Assembly (NCBI GenBank): GCA_951406725.2 | Contig: OX597817.1 | Span: 82,956,001 to 83,020,000, forward strand | Source of the DNA: Octopus vulgaris | Taxonomy: Eukaryota | Length of the DNA: 64,000 nucleotides | Direction: 5' to 3' | In this document: one piece after another, positions 55,409 to 64,000 of the stretch | Position numbering within the stretch: the first letter of the stretch is position 1 | How the letters are laid out: each line of letters begins with the position of its first letter | Notes under the pieces: model-generated | What the model saw: only the letters and a program-made list of their open reading frames with translations | What the model was told of the DNA's origin: nothing | Database searches by the model: none | Translations under genes and position numbers: made by a program

Positions 55409-57374
55409 AACGCACCAACACGAATCGGGCAGACATGTCGAATTAAATATACTATCTCAGAAATAATAATAATCCTTAGAATGAGGTAACAGATATACCT
55501 GCATCATCATTTCAAATTCTGACTAGAGCCTCACTTAAATCCTCATTTCAGCTAAGTTATCATTTATTATTACTTTTCTTTGAATAATTATTTTTATTAT
55601 TTTTATTTATTTTTAATTAAGCAAACTCTACTGTTTACTTAGATAAACATTTGTTTTAATGGTTGTTATTATAAATGTATATTTTAGTGATTATAAATGT
55701 ATATTTTGAAATAAGGAACAGAAGAGTGAAGTGAGTTCATATGAAGACTTGCACCATTCACCTTTGAGTGGGATGCTTCCTTTTCAAAATGATTTGATCT
55801 ACATATATATGCATATAAAAAATAGCAATATGTACACTTATATTTTATGCAATTAAATTATACAAGCTTATTTTATTTTATTAAATTTTAGTTTACTTTA
55901 TGTAATATATGTTATATCAATTGAACTAAAAATGGACAGCCCACTCATTTTGGGTAAAATTAAGCCATTTTAGACTGTTTAACTTTACCTTTCTGCCCAA
56001 TTAATGTATGTTGTATCCGTATTATTACTGATACTTTACTACTACTTTCTAATTTTAATTATATTTTACATTAATTATTATTTTAATCGTATTGATCTAA
56101 TTTTTTTGATAAAAATAATATTGCGCTGCAACTTTCAAAATAGAAATAATAAATTGAAATAGTTGCAAAGACTTAAATGAATTAATTATAATGTAAATGA
56201 AATAAAAAATAATAAATATTTTTATTACTGCTAATAATTTGCAATTAAAAATATTTTTTCTACTTGATAATTTCTATACATTATTGCAATTCTTAATCTT
56301 TGTTTGATCAAATGTCTTTGTCGTTTTGTTGTAACAGTTAGTCCCCATATCTTTTCTGCCTTAAAATATTCATTAGTTTTCTATATATTTAAAATTAAAA
56401 TTATAAATGATTTTAAATTTTAAAAAAAAGGGCAACAAATTGCGTTTTAGTACTTTTTTTTAAGAAATACTTTTAAGAAATATTAGTATTTTTTTAAAGA
56501 AATACCTACTTTTTTCTTTCGTTATAAAGTTTAATATTGGTTGATCTTTTTTCAATAGAGCATTTTGTTGAATTTATTTTTGTTTTTCAAGAAATTTTTT
56601 TCCTATAAAATTTCTTCCTTTAAAGCATTGAATTTTCGTCAAGAAAAAGCAAGTCCCAGTACCATCGTTTGCCCGTTATCATACGGTTTAAAAGTTTATA
56701 AACGAAATAATTTTAAATGCAAATTCTAAAAGAAACAACATAATTTCGGAAAAAATACATAAAAGTAAAAAAAATCTGATATTTAATCAAATATAAACTA
56801 TTTTTTTAAAAGAATTTGCGCTTAAAAGACATTCCAAAACATGTGATAGTGTCAGGGTTTCTGTGTTAGTTTTTATTTATAGTAGTATCAGTGTTTCTGT
56901 ATTACTTTTTATTATATTACTATTAATTATGACCTGCCGCGGGCCGGGCCGCAGTAATAACAATGAAAATCGATAGACCTCTTGCGTAATACAAAAAAGG
57001 CGTATTAGGTTTGAGTGGCTGAAAGAAAGTCAGAAATGTTAATATAAGTTTTGTTTTAATGTAATGGACTATTATATGAATTAATTAATTGATATACATA
57101 AATAATAGGGCCCGGGCGCGCATTAGGCATTTATAGACGAGCCGTCGTTCAAGTCTCTACATTTTGTTGAAACTCGCATTCAGCCATGCTCGTCTAATAT
57201 ATGCATGAGTGTGTATATGTTTGTGTGTCTGTGATTATCCACCAACATCGTAAGTACTAGGCAAGAGTATGTCCTGATGTCGATTTGCTCGATTACAGTC
57301 GGTGCTCCGATATAGCCGCAGTCAAATGACTGAAAGAAGTAAAAGAATAAAAGAATATATATACAAATAATATA

Positions 57375-57760
57375 TATACATTATTTATATTATTTACATT
57401 TGACTGATATTTGTCCTCATCTTGTTTGTTGTTACCACAACGTTTCGGCTGATATACCCTCCTGCCTTCATCAGGTGTCTTGGGGAAATTTCGAGCCTGG
57501 GTTCTCATTACTAAAGTATTTTTTGATGCTATTATTATTATTATTATTAATATTATTATTATTATTCAGGTCACTGCCCGGAATCGAACTCGAAATCTTG
57601 GGTTAGTAGCCCGCGCTCTTAACCACTACGCCATATGCCCACGGGAGGGTATATCAGCCGTGACGCTGTGTTAACAACAAACAAAATGAGGGCAAACATC
57701 CGTCAAATGTAAATAATGTAAATAATGTCCATAATTCCTCATCTCTTAAATATAGAACTG
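57375..57760. mobile_element. tRNA-headed hammerhead element with inverted arm (family copy 3)
   Basis: Minus arm to 57641 (A box TGGCGTAGTGG, B box GAGTTCGATTCC, hammerhead 57434-57479); plus arm 57644-57760 starts inside the hammerhead. Confidence 0.87.
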
Positions 57761-57850
57761 AAAGAATAACATATATATATATATACTTATATATATAGAT
57801 AGATAGATAGATAAATGAATGGATATTCAAATGAATACTCGTAAAGCTAT

Positions 57851-57925
<75 letters not shown>

Positions 57926-58272
57926 CATCAGCCGCAAATCTAAATAATTGATAATAATAACAACAATGGCATTAGTGGCAGCAAATGATATTAAACAACT
58001 CTACGATAAATTCAAATTATATTAGAGGGTATACGGGGCACCAGCTTGCTAGAAACTGGAAGTAAATCTGCCAACTTAACCACCGGTCTCACTGAAAATA
58101 GGCAACGAATTAACAGAAATCGAACACATTCTAATATAATTATGTATTGTATTGCTGCTTAAAGCTGATATCGCTGTCTGCTACTAATGTTATTTAAATT
58201 TGCCGCTGATATTAATAATAGTAATGATGGTGATGATGATGATGATAATGATGAAATATGATAATAATGATG

Positions 58273-58328
<56 letters not shown>

Positions 58329-58357
58329 TAAATATAATGATAATAATAGTAATAATA

Positions 58358-59377
58358 ATACCAGTCGTGACTTACATTTTCAATATCATTAACTGGTCAG
58401 TTACTGAAATATGTGATCTTGGCAGGAAAATTCGAAAATTGATGACAATGCATAAGATGCACCACCCTAAGGCAATTACCCAAAGTGAGCTATAGTGCCA
58501 ATGTTGACCAAGCCCTTACCCATCAATGATTCGTGGCTTCCGGTTTAAAATTAGAAACAGAATGTTTTATCATAGCAGTCCAAGATCAATGCCTACCTAC
58601 AAGAAGCTACCAGGCCAATATATTAAAGAACGGCAGCTGCCCAGCATGTCGTATATGTTAACAACAAAATGAAACCATTGAGCCAGTTGTCTACATGTGC
58701 ACTCTTCTTGTGCCTACAGAGTTTCTCAGCCGGCATAATAGAGCATCACATTATATTCACTTAGTAATTTGCAAAAACCGGGACCTGCAGTATGATAAAA
58801 ATTGGTGGGAACACAAACCAGCTCTAGTGCCCGAAAATGATTACATCTCACTCCTCTGGAACTTCACCATTCAAACTGGCAGAAAGATAGATGAGAATAG
58901 GCCAGACGTTATGTTAAAAGACGTTAGGCAAAAGTCCTGATTGATATGACTGTCCCAATCGATATGAATGTATCTGTCAAGACCTACAAAAAAAGTGAGA
59001 AGGTACAAAGATCTTGAAATAGAAATTCGCAAAATGTGGAACTTCAAGACTAAAACAATTCCTGTTGTCATAGGTGCCATAGGAATGATAGCAAATGGGG
59101 CTGATTGCTACCTAGCTCAGATACCAGGGAACACCAAAATGGCAGAAATTCAAAAGATAGTGATCATGAGAACTGCCCATATCCTACGTAAAATACTGGC
59201 TTTATAATCTCAAGTTTTAAAACAAACTCATAATTTTCTTGTTTTCATAAACATTATCTTGATCATTACTATGTGCAAAACCAAATATACGACACCATAG
59301 ACATAACACCAACATGAACTTCTAACTCTGGGTGAGACTTGGAGACAATTTGTACAAATACAAAGCAAAAGTCAAAC

Positions 59378-59380
<3 letters not shown>
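58358..59380 (+). mobile_element. Degenerate R4/Dong 3' fragment with internal deletion
   Basis: MHHPK, QDQCLPTRSYQ, CRIC..ETIE, LLWNFTIQT..RPDV, YKDLEIEI..W..PVVIGAIG; flanked by (TAA)n on both sides. Confidence 0.92.
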
Positions 59381-59467
<87 letters not shown>

Positions 59468-59945
59468 TAATAATAATAATAATAATAATAATACTAATAA
59501 TAGTAATAATAATGATAATAATGATAATAATTATAATAATGATAATAATAATAATAATAGTAATGATGATAATGACATCTTTACGAGTATACATTCGAAT
59601 ATTCACTCGTCTATGTGTGTGTGTGTATTATGCACTGAAATTGCTTTGAATTTGGTGCGAGACTATTCAAGACGTAATGGATTACAACGAAGTAAGATAG
59701 ATGATTTATTTGAGGTTCAGAAAGACCTGCTGAGGAGAACTGAGGCTCTAGCCAGAGTTCGATATCAGGATCCCGAAATATTTGTTACCTCATGATTTGG
59801 GTTTTTAGTTGATATAGTATGTTAAACTCTACGCGTTTGTCCTCTTTCTGTTGGTCCGTTGCATATTTTCAGTGAGATTAGTGGTTTGGTTGATGGTTTT
59901 TACTTCCACATTTCTAGCAACATGGAGCCTCTAATATAATTATTA

Positions 59946-59980
<35 letters not shown>

Positions 59981-60179
59981 TAATAATAATAAAACGTATA
60001 CATATATATATATATATACATTTATATATACTCATATATACATATATATATACATATATATACATATATATATTCATACATATATTTATACAAATATATA
60101 TATACATACATATATACACATACATATATATACACATATATATATATGTGTACATACATATATATATACATACACACAC

Positions 60180-60219
<40 letters not shown>

Positions 60220-60299
60220 CTGTGTATATACACATATCTCTATAAGTTTATATATTAGAGTTTAGATGTTACATGTGTTATGGTCTTTCGACTTGGCCT

Positions 60300-61120
60300 T
60301 TTGAAGAACAAATCCAATCATGAGAAACATTAAATATTAATTCGTTATTTAAATATCGTGAACAAATCTGTTATAATTTCAGTAATATTAATTGACTAAT
60401 ATGTCTAATCAGTAAACGAAGTTTGATATCCTTGACAAAATGTCAATATACTCAGGTATCAATGGCTAAAAACAAATAATTTAGTAAAATGTCATAAAAG
60501 CGCAATGGAACTAGTTCCATGAACAAGTAAATTTATAATTCTCTAAATTCAACCACAATACAATCACATATATGTTATATACTGGAAATCATGTACAAGG
60601 ACTCCTCCACAGTATTTATGCTACAGAAAATACATCAGCTAAAATACATTTTCTGAAAGTGTACCACTCCGGTACCTTAATACCTTTGATAATGACCCTC
60701 ATTGATTTTTCGGATAATGTATGTTTTGAATCAGTAAGATGAATTGCAATGTCTTTATATTGTCCGGACACTCCAGTTATTTTTATTTTTATTTTTAATA
60801 CAGTCTAAACATTTCCTCCAGAGGCATCCGATTCCATCGGTAATTTGTGTACAGAAGATCTTACAACATTTAAAAATTTGTCAATTTCTAAATCGCTATC
60901 TTCCATACATTTGACAACCATGACTGCACATCTTTTCCTTTCTTCTGTTAGAATTTTATCTGCTATGGGAGATCTGAAAGAAAAAACCCCATTTAATTGG
61001 CTGAAGAGAGTAATAGACTGATAATTATCTTCAAATACCACTCGTTCCCTGTATTGTTGGGAAAAAAATCCAAATAATATATAGAAAATTCTGGGAAAAG
61101 TCGTCTTAAAAATTATGAAG
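60300..61120 (-). mobile_element. Ancient R4/Dong pre-RT remnant
   Basis: QQYRERVVFEDN..LFSQLNG (compare EQYRLNRLLEQNQ in ORF 981..1304), VRSSVHKLP, IIKGIKVPEWYT (~VPEWMTKGRT); may extend to ~62650. Confidence 0.55.
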
Positions 61121-62938
61121 ACAATTAAAAAAGTACTATATCACTCTTTCAGATAAAAAATTATACATAAAACATAAACATGTGATTGTAGCTATAAGAA
61201 AAACAAGTAAGTGAAGCTTAATAATACGCTTTCATTTGATAAACAGTTTTAGTAATTGTTTAGTTCAAAATGATTGGTCTAACATCAAAGTATATTGCAG
61301 AGATGCACATCAAAGCGCCCCCTGGAGCTTTAATAATCAACTAGTTATTTCGAACCTCTAAACAAATATTGTTCGATGCTGCGATAAAGTTTTACGTCAC
61401 CAATAATTGTAAATTAGAGTAATTTTCGCCGTGCGTTGGCTACATTTTGTATTAAATAGAAATCCATGATAATTATATTAACTTGATTTATACCAAATAA
61501 ATAGCTAGTGAGGAAAGACCAAAATACACTTATCATTAATGATGATAGAAATGACGATACTTTTAAATATATACTTCGAACAACGTTAGGTTTCCTTGAG
61601 AAGCGATACCGAAAACTTATTTTACTTCCAAGTTGAAACTATTTCCCCTAACGTCAACAAAGTACAACAAAGTACTACGTAAATATTGTCATCATTGGTT
61701 TTTCTTTTGCGATCTCTTACGGAAATCAAGTTTCTTGAAGGTATAACATAAATAAATATCGATAGTCTTTCGCATGGAGTGAAAGTACACATTAATGGAG
61801 GATGTGTTGGAATATAATCCTAAAGTATTCATAATTTTTATCCCTGCTCTGCACTGCGTGCGTAGATAAGATTCTGAAAACTTATTTGACGATCTACCAT
61901 CCTTTAAAACAAATACTATGTTAAACATGTTTAGCACACAAATGGCATTATCAATACGCCATTCATGAAAGTATCTTTATACGTTAATGCTGAATTCAAG
62001 GCGGCTTTCTTTATATAATGTACCCATTTAAATAATGTTATTATCACTACTCCTTAATAAGATTTTGCATAAATGGGAAATCTTCCAAATATATGTACGT
62101 TTTTCCATTGGAAACATGTAGATATGGAGATAATGATGTTTCTTCCAAGAAGTAAATCCCATAAATAACCAACTATGATGTTGTTTAGTTTCTTGTGCTA
62201 TGCAGATGTATATTTTGTATGAAATTCAGTTCAGCGGAGTGAATGTGGTGATTCATGTGATAAGTGTCCGGAGAATTAGCAACTCTAAAGTAGCATGGAC
62301 AATTTAGGGATTGTTGAAATGGAAAAACTGCATTTTCCCATTTATTTCATTTTTAAGAAGGACACAAACATCGAAATTGAAATCATGTACAAGTGGAAAT
62401 ATAAACCACCCGGTGAACTTAATGTATTTGTATTCACCGAAGTGTCATTAACTTTGGAATATTTGAAAGTACAAAATGACAGATTGCGATATAAATGGTT
62501 ACAATAGTAATACAGTTTTTTTTTTAAGAATCGGATAAATGGAAACTTGCCAAACATCTTACGTTGACTATCATTCCATACACAACCAGATATAAACTTA
62601 ACGGAGCACCGCAAACGTATGAAGTTTGTATCCGTTCCGTCCAAAACTCAATTTCTAACAGCAATGCATTAGTAGATTTAATTGAGACGATGCATTATAT
62701 CTACGCCAATTAACACCAAGATATTTTAGAAAATCTTCTCAGATTAATAGCGTTTAGGTTTTTGATATAATTTGAAGATATAAACAAATAATATGGTGTC
62801 TAAGAAAAGATACAATTGAAAATTTAAGTTAAACATGAATCTACGTAGGCTGCTGATAGCTGGATAATATTACTTTCATTTTACAGTTAATATAACACAT
62901 AGAAGCATGCACCCAAACGTGCACACAGGCGTGAGCTC

Positions 62939-62995
<57 letters not shown>

Positions 62996-63391
62996 CAAAC
63001 ACACACCCACACATACACATATGCATAAAAATGCAAATCAGATTGTCTGCTGCTAATGCTTTCTTCAAGGTGCATTAACAGCGTGAAAACTATAAAATAG
63101 TTTACGGGGAATGGAAACATGGAGGTAGTTTAGGATTACCGTATGAAAAATAAGATTTGAATAAAAGCCTGATAAAAATGTATTCGAATGAATAAAAATA
63201 AAACAAATAATGACTAAACTTGCCACTTATCATGAATATTCGATTTCCCGCTGAATTCATTCCCGTTTGGTGTAATTACAGCAAGTTAGCCTAGTGAAAC
63301 CCAAAATGTGTGAAAAGGAAAATAAGAGACGAGAAAATAAGTTGCACATGCGATCACACACAAACACCAATTTACACACACACACGCACAC

Positions 63392-63448
<57 letters not shown>

Positions 63449-63685
63449 TATAATATAAAAAGATTGAATGAACAGGAGTTAATCCAGATCACTACGTTTC
63501 TGTGCATTAGCGCATTTGTATCAGTTTGCAATTGCTGAGTGTTTCGCATATTATACACATCATTGCGTGTAGCTGCATGTCTTCACCTTGGTGAGTTTGA
63601 GAGCAATGCTGGGTCACCAATAGTTTCTCATTGCTTTATCCCCATTTTACTTTTGAGTAAATAAATGATCGATATAACATTAAAT

Positions 63686-63810
63686 GGAGGCGCAATGGCC
63701 CAGTGGTTATTGAGCAAAAACACCTAAAGCTCCACGAGGCTCCGGCAGAGAGTGGTAGCGACCCCTGTTGTACTCTTTCGCTCCAACTTTCTCTCACTCG
63801 TTATTCCTGT
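63686..63810 (+). mobile_element. Family-B SINE, internally deleted
   Basis: ggaggcgcaatggcccagtggtt joined directly to attgagcaaaaacacctaaagctccacgagg. Confidence 0.8.
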
Positions 63811-64000
63811 TAGTTGTTAAAATGTAACCTCAGATTTTAGCAGTGCTTTCAAAGCTACTCACATGAAGACGTGCAGGAACACAGCTGTTGTTGGATAATA
63901 TTAATGTAATAATACGTATAATATGTAAAACCCTCGGAAGTTACCGCTCATACTAATGCACAGAACCAAGAATTAAAATTTGGATTAAAGCTTATTCATT

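Noticed and set aside
57571-57641. Bona fide tRNA genes here and at 8250-8323, 52491-52560, 5855-5924
   Set aside because: Acceptor/anticodon stems do not pair properly and each is fused to a repeat body; these are SINE-type heads.
62295-62644. Overlapping short ORFs as a host gene
   Set aside because: No recognisable domain; adjacent to a decayed Dong remnant; neighbouring frames are full of stops.

Overview
Very AT-rich, microsatellite-saturated animal genomic DNA with no recognisable host-gene exon. The repeat families and the (TA)/(CA)/(TAA)/(TATC) density suggest a coleoid cephalopod, probably Octopus (inference). Most ORFs in the track are microsatellite translation artefacts. The real coding remnants are all mobile elements: about 8 R4/Dong-type non-LTR retrotransposon fragments (six beside TAA/CTA repeats), two or three Penelope-like elements (RT + GIY-YIG), CR1 and RTE fragments and a decayed hAT (hATm-like) transposon. 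Non-coding elements include a non-autonomous Helitron, MITEs and many tRNA-derived SINEs. The ORF track misses a dense non-coding layer: more than a dozen minimal type-I hammerhead ribozyme motifs from several unrelated non-autonomous families with Penelope-style inverted ends. These include a tRNA-headed, hammerhead-bearing family and a circularly permuted ~450-nt unit. Also notable are a ~78-bp hairpin whose 18 mismatches are all G·U on one strand with an ADAR-like context, and a 406-bp spacerless palindrome. All alignments and folds were done by eye.
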